Shown: in pieces, positions 8,166-16,869 of the stretch
How the letters are laid out: each line of letters opens with the position of its first letter
Numbering within the stretch: position 1 is the stretch's first letter
Origin: Nanobdellota archaeon
Lineage (GTDB): Archaea; Nanobdellota; Nanobdellia; Pacearchaeales; GW2011-AR1
Assembly: GCA_018830905.1 (NCBI GenBank)
Contig: JAHJRM010000017.1
Coordinates: forward strand, 1-24,992
Reading direction: 5' to 3'
DNA length: 24,992 nt
Notes under the pieces: model-generated
The model's database searches: none
Told to the model about the DNA's origin: nothing
Seen by the model: the letters and a program-made list of their open reading frames with translations, nothing else
Made by a program: the position numbers and the translations under genes

Positions 8166-8304
8166 TCTTAATAACCTCCTTAAGAAATTTATCAAGACTA
8201 TACTCCACTACATGCGACTTATTTCTAAACTCGCCCTTTTGCACACATCTAGCTATCTCATCCAATTTCTCTTCACTTATCGTGACGCTAATCTTTTTTT
8301 TCAT
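8152..8304 (-). CDS. Ribbon-helix-helix (CopG/Arc/MetJ-like) DNA-binding protein, 50 aa
   Basis: MKKKISVTISEEKLDEIARCVQKGEFRNKSHVVEYSLDKFLKEVIKNGRI: alternating beta strand, then helix-turn (N-K-S)-helix. Missed by the ORF track (<60 aa). Confidence 0.8.
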   Translation of the reverse strand: MKKKISVTISEEKLDEIARCVQKGEFRNKSHVVEYSLDKFLKEVIKNGRI

Positions 8305-8437
8305 CGCATAATATCTTACGATACGCCCTTTTTAAACTTTTCCTTATGTATTCATTCTTCAGTGGTAAAGTTGCAAGAGAAAATTTCAAACCTAAACATC
8401 TAATAAACTTTAAAAACCTTCCAAATCAATAATTAGA

Positions 8438-8956
8438 ATGCCATTCAAGATTAATATAGCGGAAAAATCCGGTAAGACATATCACCTAGAATTTGAAGGA
8501 GAGGATTTTAACGGGAAAGAATTAAAAGATAAAATAGAAGGAAAGATAATAATGCCTGAATTAGAGGGATACGAGTTCGAAATTGCAGGTGCGAGCGACA
8601 ATGCTGGATTCACCTCACACGAGAGCGTTACAGGGATAGGATTAAAAAAAATAATTCTCAGCTACGAAAAAGGAATGAAGAAGCGTCCAAAGAGGGAAGG
8701 AAAATGGAAACGCACTGACGTTAACCCAAGAGGACTTCGCCTTAGAAAAACAGTGAGAGGAAAGTCAATTTCAGCAGCCATAGCTCAGATAAATCTTAAA
8801 ACCTTAAAAGAAGGGGCAAAGAAGCTAAGCGAAATCTTCCCCGACCAGAACCAACCAAAAGTCGCACAAAAAGCCGAGGGTGAACAAGCTCCAACGACAT
8901 CAAAGACAGAGGCACCAAAAGAAACGCCTAAAGTAGAAGCAGTTCCCGCAGCTTAG
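8438..8956 (+). CDS. rps6e: 30S ribosomal protein S6e with a low-complexity C-terminal tail
   Basis: FKINIA...GYEFEIAGASDNAGF and GLRLRKTVRG...QINLK. Confidence 0.93.
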   Translation: MPFKINIAEKSGKTYHLEFEGEDFNGKELKDKIEGKIIMPELEGYEFEIAGASDNAGFTSHESVTGIGLKKIILSYEKGMKKRPKREGKWKRTDVNPRGLRLRKTVRGKSISAAIAQINLKTLKEGAKKLSEIFPDQNQPKVAQKAEGEQAPTTSKTEAPKETPKVEAVPAA

Positions 8957-9028
8957 TTTTCTATTTTGTTACTTCTCCATAATAACTACTTTAGAAAGAT
9001 TTATAAGGAATAATTTTTTAAAAAAACT

Positions 9029-9391
9029 ATGAAAAAGTTATTTGAAATATTAGGAGCAATAGTTGTAGCAGGAGTTGCTTCAATAGGATCAATAAGAGTC
9101 TCTTCTCCTATAGAATTAAAAGATGTTTATTGTACACCATGCGAAACTTTCCAAGGATACAAAGATCTTAGAGATTATGAAGAGGTCATAGGAAGATTAT
9201 ACGCCCTTGATTCCTTAGCACTATCTGAAAGAATTTCAAGAGGAATAAGAAAACCTGAGGTTGAAGTTAGGGGAGAACCAAGAATTCTTAGAAGGGATAA
9301 TCTTAAAATAGGCAACGATTATGTTTTTGAAATCGGAACAGATTTAGAAGGAAACAAAAGATTAATTGAAGCGACTCCCTGTACGAGATAA
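9029..9391 (+). CDS. Hypothetical exported or membrane-anchored protein
   Basis: N-terminal hydrophobic stretch; TTTATAAG 29 nt upstream. Confidence 0.7.
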   Translation: MKKLFEILGAIVVAGVASIGSIRVSSPIELKDVYCTPCETFQGYKDLRDYEEVIGRLYALDSLALSERISRGIRKPEVEVRGEPRILRRDNLKIGNDYVFEIGTDLEGNKRLIEATPCTR

Positions 9392-10078
9392 TTAACTAGC
9401 CAGATACATTTTCCTCTTATTCTCTTCAAATCTTTCAATAGCATATCTCAACATGGTCCTCGGCATAATTTTATGATATTTCCTCAAAAATCTCTCCTCA
9501 GTTTCTAAATCTCTCTTTCCAATCTCTCTCAACATCCAACCAACAGCCTTGTGAATCAAATCGTGCTTATCATTTAATAAAATCTCAGAAATTTTCAGCG
9601 TATCTTCAAACCGATTATTTTTAATAAATCCAAACGTCGAAATAATCGCAATTCTTTTCTTCCACAAATCATCTGACTGTGCAAACTCGTACAAAACACT
9701 TTTATCTTTATCTAAAAGATACTCTCCAATAATCTTATCCGCAATGCAGTCAATCAAGTCCCAATTATTCGCTCCTTTAAGATTATTCAAATAAAAATTA
9801 TAAATTTCCTCACAATTCCCTTTTTCGAACTTGTAAACAAGGATAAAAAATCCTGTCATCCTAAACTCGTGTACCTCACTCTCCAATAACTTTTTAATAT
9901 CATTCATATCCAAGTCAACATATTTCTTAGCCAACGCTCTCTGAAACGGAACCGTCAAACCAATAAAAACATCACCCTCTCCGTACTCTCCTTTTCCCGT
10001 TTTAAAAAACCTCTGATAAACTTTCGCCTTTCCCACATCAGCATTAGAATTCAATTCCCTTATCAATTTCTCTAACAT
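9392..10078 (-). CDS. DNA alkylation repair protein (AlkD-like HEAT-repeat glycosylase)
   Basis: FFKTGKGEYGEGDVFIG, NNWDLID, LWKKRIAI, HKAVGWMLRE, MPRTMLRYAIE; start moved to ATG 10078, right after the MscS stop. Confidence 0.9.
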   Translation of the reverse strand: MLEKLIRELNSNADVGKAKVYQRFFKTGKGEYGEGDVFIGLTVPFQRALAKKYVDLDMNDIKKLLESEVHEFRMTGFFILVYKFEKGNCEEIYNFYLNNLKGANNWDLIDCIADKIIGEYLLDKDKSVLYEFAQSDDLWKKRIAIISTFGFIKNNRFEDTLKISEILLNDKHDLIHKAVGWMLREIGKRDLETEERFLRKYHKIMPRTMLRYAIERFEENKRKMYLAS

Positions 10079-10079
10079 C

Positions 10080-10925
10080 TTATTTCTTGTAAACAATCTC
10101 TGTATGAGGATACGCATAATCAACTGACTTCTCTGATTGAATCGTCTTGAAGATGGCCTCAGTAATCTTAGAGCTGTATTCTTGTCTTCTATCTGCAGAA
10201 ACATAATATCTAATTCTCACGTCAATTCCTGAATTCTGAAAATTAAACCTCATATAAGGTTTAGGGAATTTCTGATAGGATGGGTCTTTTATCTGCTTTA
10301 AAACCTTTTTCACAGCCTTCACACAAACATCTTTCGCTTTCTCTATGTTGCTATTAAAAGTTATCGCAAAAGAAACTTCATCAAGAATATATTCATCTTG
10401 TAGAGTATAATTAATCAAATCTTTCTCAAACAAAACAGAGTTCGGAACCATTATGACTCTTCCAGAAATCTCCTCGCCTCCGATGGTTCCTCCAAATTCT
10501 TTCATATAAATATGAGTCAGAGTTATATTGGAAACATCTCCTCTTACGCCACCAACAATAATTCGGTCTCCAATCTTAAATGGCTTAGCAACAACAACCA
10601 TTATCCACGCAGCAATTCCTGTAATCGGTCTCTGCAGTGCCCAACCCAACGCAGCCGAGAGCAAACCTGCAGTCAAACCAATGCTAAATATATTCCCTGT
10701 GTAAGAAAATATCACTGCAAGGAATCCAACAATGATAAAAATATAAGTTAACAAATTGGCAAAGATAGTAACATTATGTCGCGTACTCTTGGTCTTCGCG
10801 TTGCCATAAAGCTTCTTTTTCGCGAACTCTCGCACAATTACATAAATTATGAACGCAAGCACGAAAATTATAATCGGCCTAAGTTTACTATACACGCTCA
10901 AAATATTCAAAAATGCAATATCCAT
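10080..10925 (-). CDS. mscS: Small-conductance mechanosensitive channel (MscS family)
   Basis: Three TM helices, then LGWALQRP and KPFKIGDRIIVGGVRGDV, VPNS; TTTAAAAA 29 nt upstream of ATG 10925. Confidence 0.92.
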   Translation of the reverse strand: MDIAFLNILSVYSKLRPIIIFVLAFIIYVIVREFAKKKLYGNAKTKSTRHNVTIFANLLTYIFIIVGFLAVIFSYTGNIFSIGLTAGLLSAALGWALQRPITGIAAWIMVVVAKPFKIGDRIIVGGVRGDVSNITLTHIYMKEFGGTIGGEEISGRVIMVPNSVLFEKDLINYTLQDEYILDEVSFAITFNSNIEKAKDVCVKAVKKVLKQIKDPSYQKFPKPYMRFNFQNSGIDVRIRYYVSADRRQEYSSKITEAIFKTIQSEKSVDYAYPHTEIVYKK

Positions 10926-11001
10926 AATCAAAAAAAGTTACCAGAGTTTTTAAATCTTGACGAACCAAAACCTTTTTTAACAGATTCCCTGTCACTTTCT
11001 T

Positions 11002-12201
11002 ATGAACAAAAACTTACCTGAAATAAACGTCGGAGTCGTCGGGCATGTAGACCACGGAAAGACAACTCTTCTTAGTCGGCTGACTGGAAAGTTTACAGAT
11101 ACACACTCTGAGGAACTAAAACGTGGAATTACAATTAAGTTAGGATATGCAGAAACAGTCCTTTACAAATGTGGTGAAAAAATAACAAATGTTCAGGATA
11201 AAGACTGTGTTCCAGTAAGATACATAAGTTTCATTGACGCGCCAGGACACGAAATGCTTATGGCGACAATGCTTTCTGGGGCAGCAATAATTGACGCGGC
11301 AATTCTAGTTGTCGCCGCGAACGAGGGTGTAAAACCTCAAACAAAAGAACACTTCATGGCACTCCAGGCACGAAACCTAAAAAATCTAATCGTTGTCCAA
11401 AATAAAATCGACCTTGCGTCAAAAGAAAAGACCCTTGAGAATTATAAAAAAATAAAGGCCCTTCTTAAGGGAACCCCTATGGAAAACGCTCCAATAATTC
11501 CAGTATCTGCACAGCAAGGAGTAAACATAGACAAAATATTCGAAGAACTCTACAAAATAGAAATTCCTAAACGAGATGAAAAATCAAACCCTGTATTTCT
11601 CGTGGCAAGAAGCTTCGATATAAATAAGCCCGGGAAAAAAATTCCTGAGTTAAACGGAGGAATCCTCGGAGGAATTCTAAAAAAAGGAACTCTAAAGGTT
11701 GGAGATGAAATAGAAATCAAACCGGGACTATACATAAAAAAATCGCGAGGCGAGGCGACTTATAAAACACTAAATACAAAAATACTCTCCTTGCATAAAG
11801 GAAAAAATTCTCTCAAAGAGATTGGTCCTGGAGCAAGCATTTCTATAGAAACTTCGCTTGATACCTCGTTAACAAAAGCAGATTCACTTAGAGGATGTGT
11901 AGTCTCAACAAAAGGGAATCTTCCGGACGCAAAAGAACGAGTCAAAATGAAAGCGATCCTCTTTAATGAAGTCTCCGGACTAAAAGGACATCAAGCCGTA
12001 GATCCACTAAAAACAAAAGAAACCCTAATGCTAAGCATAAATACCACAATCACCGTCGGCACGATTGAGAAAATCTCCAACGGGGAGATTGAAGTCTCAC
12101 TTAAAATTCCCGCAATAATTCTCAAGAACGACAACATTGGAATCGCAAGAAACATCGAGGGACACTGGAGATTAATCGGCTGGGGAACGCAAACAGAATA
12201 A
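11002..12201 (+). CDS. eif2g: Translation initiation factor aIF2 gamma subunit
   Basis: GHVDHGKTTL, DTHSEELKRGITIKLGY, DAPGHEMLMATMLSGAA, QNKID, WRLIGWG. Confidence 0.96.
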   Translation: MNKNLPEINVGVVGHVDHGKTTLLSRLTGKFTDTHSEELKRGITIKLGYAETVLYKCGEKITNVQDKDCVPVRYISFIDAPGHEMLMATMLSGAAIIDAAILVVAANEGVKPQTKEHFMALQARNLKNLIVVQNKIDLASKEKTLENYKKIKALLKGTPMENAPIIPVSAQQGVNIDKIFEELYKIEIPKRDEKSNPVFLVARSFDINKPGKKIPELNGGILGGILKKGTLKVGDEIEIKPGLYIKKSRGEATYKTLNTKILSLHKGKNSLKEIGPGASISIETSLDTSLTKADSLRGCVVSTKGNLPDAKERVKMKAILFNEVSGLKGHQAVDPLKTKETLMLSINTTITVGTIEKISNGEIEVSLKIPAIILKNDNIGIARNIEGHWRLIGWGTQTE

Positions 12202-13380
12202 TTAATCGCTTTCAGGTATTTCTTCTACCGAAAGAAATTCCCACCAAGGTCCGTTTTCTTCAAGCATCTCAATATTTTCTGCGTCAACTCTTTTTTTAAC
12301 ATTCTTATCAACAGGTATAAAGCCTAAAAGTTTTGCTTTTTCTACTTCTTCATATTTATAGATTGGTTTTCCTTCTTCAATTCCAATGTCAATATTCTTA
12401 ATTTCTCTTTTACGCCCCTTTTCTGATATAACTAATTTATCAATATTGTTATCTATCTCAACCTTAACTTCCTCATTTTTTATTATTAATTTTTCATCTT
12501 CTTGTTCAAGGAGAACTCCTTCATCAATACTAATATCTATTTCAACTTTTTTTCCTATATTTTTCCTATTGGTGTTCTTTATTAAAAGAATTCCTTCAGA
12601 ACCAGAAACTTCCAAATTAAATTTATAATCGCCCCAATAAATATTGTCCTCACTAGGAGCGTGTCCTTCTTCCCAACTATCTTCTCCAGTTCCTGCATCA
12701 TCTCCAAATTCTGCAGAAGCATCTGCACATTTTATATCAACAGTACATTCCCAACCCTGTCCAGAAGGACCTCTCACAGGTTCACCATAACAATGTTCAC
12801 ATTGAGCATAACACACATTTTCTTTTTCAGTCCATTCTTCATCACTTAAACAAGGACCAGAATATAAATGCTCACAGGATTTTGCGCATTTTTGGCAAAC
12901 TGCATTTCCTGTTTCCCCTTCTCCTTCAAAAGTTCCAGACGAGCAAATCACACTTGGATCCTCAGCGGCAACACAATGAGAAATACATAATTGCTCTTCA
13001 TCCATCTCGCTCTCATCCGGAGCATCCCCTTTCATATCACATCTTTCTTCACAAGTGTTTCTATTTTCCCTTTGGCATTGGAAATCAAATCCACCACATC
13101 CTTCTGCAACACATTCTTGCATGCACGCTTCTCCCTCATCTGCCGGTGTTGGAGGACCACTAGTATCCACTCCACATTCATCCCCACACATTACAGAATA
13201 CTGTTGCATACACATGGCATCTCCGTAAGTACAACCCGAACAAGTTTCCATACAAGTTACTTGTTCGTCAGTTGGACCTACAAATTCTGGACCAACGACT
13301 CTTCCAGTTAATTGAAGATAACCAAATACCAAAATTAGAAATAATAGAATACTCAAAAAAATTATCATCCCTTTTTTCAT
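12202..13380 (-). CDS. Exported Cys-rich repeat protein with a C-terminal 'PWW' domain
   Basis: N-terminal signal/anchor, 24 Cys in four blocks of six, C-terminal KLLGF...VDAE...GPWWEFL; TTTTTATA 29 nt upstream. Confidence 0.85.
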   Translation of the reverse strand: MKKGMIIFLSILLFLILVFGYLQLTGRVVGPEFVGPTDEQVTCMETCSGCTYGDAMCMQQYSVMCGDECGVDTSGPPTPADEGEACMQECVAEGCGGFDFQCQRENRNTCEERCDMKGDAPDESEMDEEQLCISHCVAAEDPSVICSSGTFEGEGETGNAVCQKCAKSCEHLYSGPCLSDEEWTEKENVCYAQCEHCYGEPVRGPSGQGWECTVDIKCADASAEFGDDAGTGEDSWEEGHAPSEDNIYWGDYKFNLEVSGSEGILLIKNTNRKNIGKKVEIDISIDEGVLLEQEDEKLIIKNEEVKVEIDNNIDKLVISEKGRKREIKNIDIGIEEGKPIYKYEEVEKAKLLGFIPVDKNVKKRVDAENIEMLEENGPWWEFLSVEEIPESD

Positions 13381-13472
13381 TAATAAAACAAGAAATAAGT
13401 ATATAAAAAGTTATTCTTTAATCCTTTAAAATCTAAACGAACATTTTTAAACAATAATTTCTTAAACAAAAT

Positions 13473-14228
13473 ATGAAAAAGGTGACTTTAATTTTATTTC
13501 TAGTTTCATTTGTATTTGGTATTATGCTAAATTCTGCAATGGTTCTTTCTCAAGGAAATCAAAACTTCGCAAGCAACTCCGAAGATAATAGTGATGAAAC
13601 AATTTCTGGACAAGAAAGAAACATGAAACAAGAAAGAGAAAGAGAATTTACAAATGCAAATGGTATGAGGGCCCGTATCCAAAGGCAAGTTCGAATTGAA
13701 GACGGAAAGAGAATAATAGACGTCACGAGAACTATCACAGATACAAATGGAAATGAACAAGAAGTCAAAATAAAGATAGAAGAAAATACAGAAGGAATAG
13801 ATTCTCGGAGAAAGATAACTATTGAAGGCGAGACTGGAAATGAAAACATTATTGAAACAGAACTAGAAGTTGAAAGCGAATTCGAGGGGGAAGAATCTGA
13901 CATAATGGTAAAAACAACAGATGGACAAAGACACGCAGTTAAGATTCTGCCTGAAAGAGTAAGGGAAGTTGCAAGAGAGAGACTAAGAATAAGAGAAGAA
14001 GGTCTTTCAAATCTAACTCTTGAAGAAATTATGGAAAATGGTGTTCCAAGAGTCGTCTATAAGTTAGCTTCAAAACATCCTGGAAGATTCCTTGGAATAT
14101 TCAAGACTGCACTTAAAGCGGAAACTCAAATTGATCCTGAGACAGGAGAAGTCCTTAACGTTAACAAACCCTGGTGGGCATTTCTAGTTAACGAAGAAGA
14201 AGTTGCCGATGATGATTCTGCAGAATAA
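13473..14228 (+). CDS. Exported charged protein with a C-terminal 'PWW' domain
   Basis: Signal peptide, Glu/Arg-rich body, C-terminal RFLGIF...IDPETGEV...KPWWAFL; TTTTTAAA 29 nt upstream. Confidence 0.85.
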   Translation: MKKVTLILFLVSFVFGIMLNSAMVLSQGNQNFASNSEDNSDETISGQERNMKQEREREFTNANGMRARIQRQVRIEDGKRIIDVTRTITDTNGNEQEVKIKIEENTEGIDSRRKITIEGETGNENIIETELEVESEFEGEESDIMVKTTDGQRHAVKILPERVREVARERLRIREEGLSNLTLEEIMENGVPRVVYKLASKHPGRFLGIFKTALKAETQIDPETGEVLNVNKPWWAFLVNEEEVADDDSAE

Positions 14229-14270
14229 AGATGAATAAGTTAAGAAATTATTTCCCTAAAATTTCCCCAA

Positions 14271-14311
14271 TCCTTGTATGATTTTACCTGTTAATCGCGA
14301 GCGCAGCGAGC
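14271..14311 (+). repeat. Dispersed intergenic repeat, copy 3
   Basis: TCCTTGTATGATTTTACCTGTTAATCGCGAGCGCAGCGAGC, 22 nt behind the map stop. Confidence 0.9.
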
Positions 14312-14333
14312 TAGAATTCACTTTCAACAAAAA

Positions 14334-15212
14334 TCAGGCTGTCACAATTTTAACATCTTTTTTCTCAACAAGAATTGTATGCTCTGCCTGACTAACCTTA
14401 CTTCCAGAAATCTCTATAAGCTGATTAAACTGATGCAAATTACCACTTTCTTCCAACTGTCTCAATCCAAAGATCGCTTTGGTTCCAAACTTCTTAATTA
14501 TCCATCTTGAACAAAAAGGTAAGTTATAATATTCTTTTTCTATAAACTCTAAAATTTCACGCGCAATCGAATTTCTAACATTTCTATTTGAGATTAATTC
14601 ATAAATTCCTGAAGGCCTACCGTCTTTAACACGACCGCTCCCGTTGGTCGCGAACGGCTCAACAGCATAAAGCCCTGATTTAATTTCAATGCTTTTTCCA
14701 TCATTAACATTTGGAATACTAATTCCTGTGTGCAATTCATACTCATCCATTTCGTGACCACTAAGATTCATCACCGGAGAAAAACCAAGAGATTCTATTT
14801 TTTTTGAAATACTCTCACCAATCTCAGAAGTAGACACTCCATTTTTTATAAGTGTCAATGCAGAATCAAGTGCTTTTTCCGACGCTTCAATAAGTTTTTT
14901 GTTCTCTTCACTATTCTCCAAATCAACTGAAAAAGCAGTATCAGCTATCCAACCATTGACATGAACTCCAAAATCTACTTTCAATAAACCATGAGCAAGT
15001 GTTTTATCATCGTGTTCAGGAGTGTAATGCGCTGCAATATTATTTATGCTCAAATTCACAGGAAATGCCGGCTTTCCACCCAACTCAACAATTTTTCCCT
15101 CTATATTCTCAGCAATCTCGAGTAAAGGCATGCCTTTCTCAACAATCTTCTTAGCATAAGCCCTGACTTCAGAAGCAATCTTTCCCGCCTTGATAATTTT
15201 CTCTGTGTTCAT
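14334..15212 (-). CDS. map: Methionine aminopeptidase type 2
   Basis: PAFPVNLS, AAHYTP, KVDFGVHVNGWIADTA, NLSGH, AVEPFAT, SQAEHT. Confidence 0.96.
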   Translation of the reverse strand: MNTEKIIKAGKIASEVRAYAKKIVEKGMPLLEIAENIEGKIVELGGKPAFPVNLSINNIAAHYTPEHDDKTLAHGLLKVDFGVHVNGWIADTAFSVDLENSEENKKLIEASEKALDSALTLIKNGVSTSEIGESISKKIESLGFSPVMNLSGHEMDEYELHTGISIPNVNDGKSIEIKSGLYAVEPFATNGSGRVKDGRPSGIYELISNRNVRNSIAREILEFIEKEYYNLPFCSRWIIKKFGTKAIFGLRQLEESGNLHQFNQLIEISGSKVSQAEHTILVEKKDVKIVTA

Positions 15213-15532
15213 TTTAATAATTTAAATTTTATAATCTTCAATTTGGTTTCTGGAACAACTCTAAAACTGTAATACCTAGAGTAAGTATTATACATATCTT
15301 CATCAGACAAAAAACTTTCATGACCTTCCTTATCTTCACTATTCAAGTCATCAAACTTTGTATCTTTTACATTCAATATCTCTGCCTGACCAAACTTCTC
15401 TCCAAGAGCATTTAATAAATCTATTGTCTCACCAACAGTAAGATCTTTCTCATCATTAATTCTCCATGTTGTACTTTTTTGTCTAGAGAGAATTAACGGA
15501 ATTAGTGGTTGTGCAAATTTAATGGTTTTCAT
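15209..15532 (-). CDS. ASCH domain protein
   Basis: KFxxxLxxLILSxxKSTTWR...GETI pattern of the ASCH/PUA-like fold. Confidence 0.8.
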   Translation of the reverse strand: MKTIKFAQPLIPLILSRQKSTTWRINDEKDLTVGETIDLLNALGEKFGQAEILNVKDTKFDDLNSEDKEGHESFLSDEDMYNTYSRYYSFRVVPETKLKIIKFKLLK

Positions 15533-15785
15533 CTTCTAAAAATTCAAAAATTTCTTTTTGCTTATGACTATTCAATCCGACATGAATCTCTCCTGTCGAA
15601 GGTTTAATATTTAAGAATTGTAGTTTTATTAATTCTTTGATTGCCATTTTATGTTCTCTCGTTCCTCTAAGATGTGCCGGCAAACATTTTTGCAGATTCT
15701 TCATCTCTGTGTGACGTCCACCCCAGATATTCAAATTGACTAATTTTCTAAGAATCCTTTTCATAATTGCCACGCACAAATCCAT
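15519..15785 (-). CDS. Small basic hypothetical protein, possibly winged-helix
   Basis: WGGRHT...NL...AIKELIK...KPSTGEIHVGLN; CTTAAGAA 29 nt upstream; overlaps ASCH. Confidence 0.75.
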   Translation of the reverse strand: MDLCVAIMKRILRKLVNLNIWGGRHTEMKNLQKCLPAHLRGTREHKMAIKELIKLQFLNIKPSTGEIHVGLNSHKQKEIFEFLEDENH

Positions 15786-15839
15786 TAACTAAAGAATACT
15801 CCGTGTTTCTTAAGATTTACTCAACAAAAATGAAACACT

Positions 15840-15861
15840 AATGTTCCAAAATAGAAACATT
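15840..15861. promoter_or_regulatory. Imperfect palindrome (candidate operator) abutting a TATA box
   Basis: AATGTTCC-AAAATA-GAAACATT (7 of 8 arm positions complementary) next to TTTAAATA at 15860-15867. Confidence 0.5.
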
Positions 15862-15888
15862 TAAATAAACTCTCTCTTACAATTAGAC

Positions 15889-16185
15889 ATGAAAACACTA
15901 TTCCGACATGCTCTTGGTGACACTCCAAAAATAAGAGTCCTAGAATTTTTAATGGAGGGAAGAGAATTAGACTATAGCATATCTGACATCGCTGAAGGTG
16001 CAGAAATCGGGAGGACTACTCTATTCAGAATATTTGATGATTTAATTAAGACAGGAATGATTGTCCCAACACGTGAGATAGGGAATGCAAAACTCTACAA
16101 GCTAAATCAAAAAAACACTTTCATCAAAAAACTCATCCCAATATTTGACGAAGTCATATTTCAAAAGAAGAAAGTTTCTGCCTGA
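15889..16185 (+). CDS. Winged helix-turn-helix transcriptional regulator
   Basis: KIRVLEFL...YSISDIAEGAEIGRTTLFRIFDDL...TREIGNAKLYKLN. Confidence 0.88.
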   Translation: MKTLFRHALGDTPKIRVLEFLMEGRELDYSISDIAEGAEIGRTTLFRIFDDLIKTGMIVPTREIGNAKLYKLNQKNTFIKKLIPIFDEVIFQKKKVSA

Positions 16186-16186
16186 T

Positions 16187-16666
16187 TCATCCTCTATCCC
16201 GAACCCTTCTTGATTTGGGAATAAAATTACCAATCTTATTCTCAGAAGCCTTGCCAATCCCAAAAAAATCATTTCCATTTTTCATAACCAAAAAACCGTT
16301 CAACCCGGTTCGAATATTCAAATCCCTTCCGCGAATCCAATCGTCCATGCTCTTATCATCCATCTCAAAAATATTTTTAGTTATTTGATTTCTTAGAAGA
16401 CTAACTCCTTCAATACTCAACTTGATTTTATCATCAACCATTTTAGCAAAATAAACTCCAACACGCTCAATAATAACATTTTCCTCAAGCTTCTTCAATT
16501 TCCAACTCTCAAAATTTCCAGAATAAAAATACAATCTTTCTCTGCCTCTCATAACCATAGTCCCAGGAACATCTTTAATGCCAAATCTCTCCTGCAACTC
16601 AGACACAACCCTCTCTCTATCTTTCATTGCAACAATTCTCATAGGCACAAACTTATCAGAAACCAT
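16187..16666 (-). CDS. Stand-alone RsmF C-terminal / NIP7-like PUA domain protein
   Basis: ERVGVYF, KLSIEG, WIRGRDL, DFFGIGK...IGNFIPKSRR; TTAAAAAA 29 nt upstream of ATG 16666. Confidence 0.75.
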   Translation of the reverse strand: MVSDKFVPMRIVAMKDRERVVSELQERFGIKDVPGTMVMRGRERLYFYSGNFESWKLKKLEENVIIERVGVYFAKMVDDKIKLSIEGVSLLRNQITKNIFEMDDKSMDDWIRGRDLNIRTGLNGFLVMKNGNDFFGIGKASENKIGNFIPKSRRVRDRG

Positions 16667-16780
16667 AATCAAGAAAAGCTAAGACCGTTTTTTAATGTTT
16701 GTTTTATCATATCATTGTCATAAAAAGAGACTTCGCTAACGCTCAAAGTTAACTATGAATCTATCTGGAACTAGCATTAA

Positions 16781-16832
16781 CTTGTATGATTTTACTACAT
16801 TATCTTCAAGAAAATTTGCGAACGGAATAAGC
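16781..16832 (+). repeat. Dispersed intergenic repeat, copy 4
   Basis: CTTGTATGATTTTAC...TTATCT...AAATTTGCGAACGGAATAAGC, behind the pyk stop. Confidence 0.85.
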
Positions 16833-16869
16833 AAGTAAATTTAGTATGATTATTAATCTCTAAACAGAA

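Noticed and set aside
8212-8403. 63-aa plus-strand ORF
   Set aside because: Antisense to the better supported RHH gene and its promoter.
8860-8956. Ala/Pro/Glu/Lys-rich tail on S6e
   Set aside because: Low-complexity tails on archaeal ribosomal proteins are common and not informative.
10079-10204. 42-aa N-terminal extension of the AlkD-like ORF
   Set aside because: Overlaps the MscS C-terminus; ATG 10078 follows the MscS stop directly.
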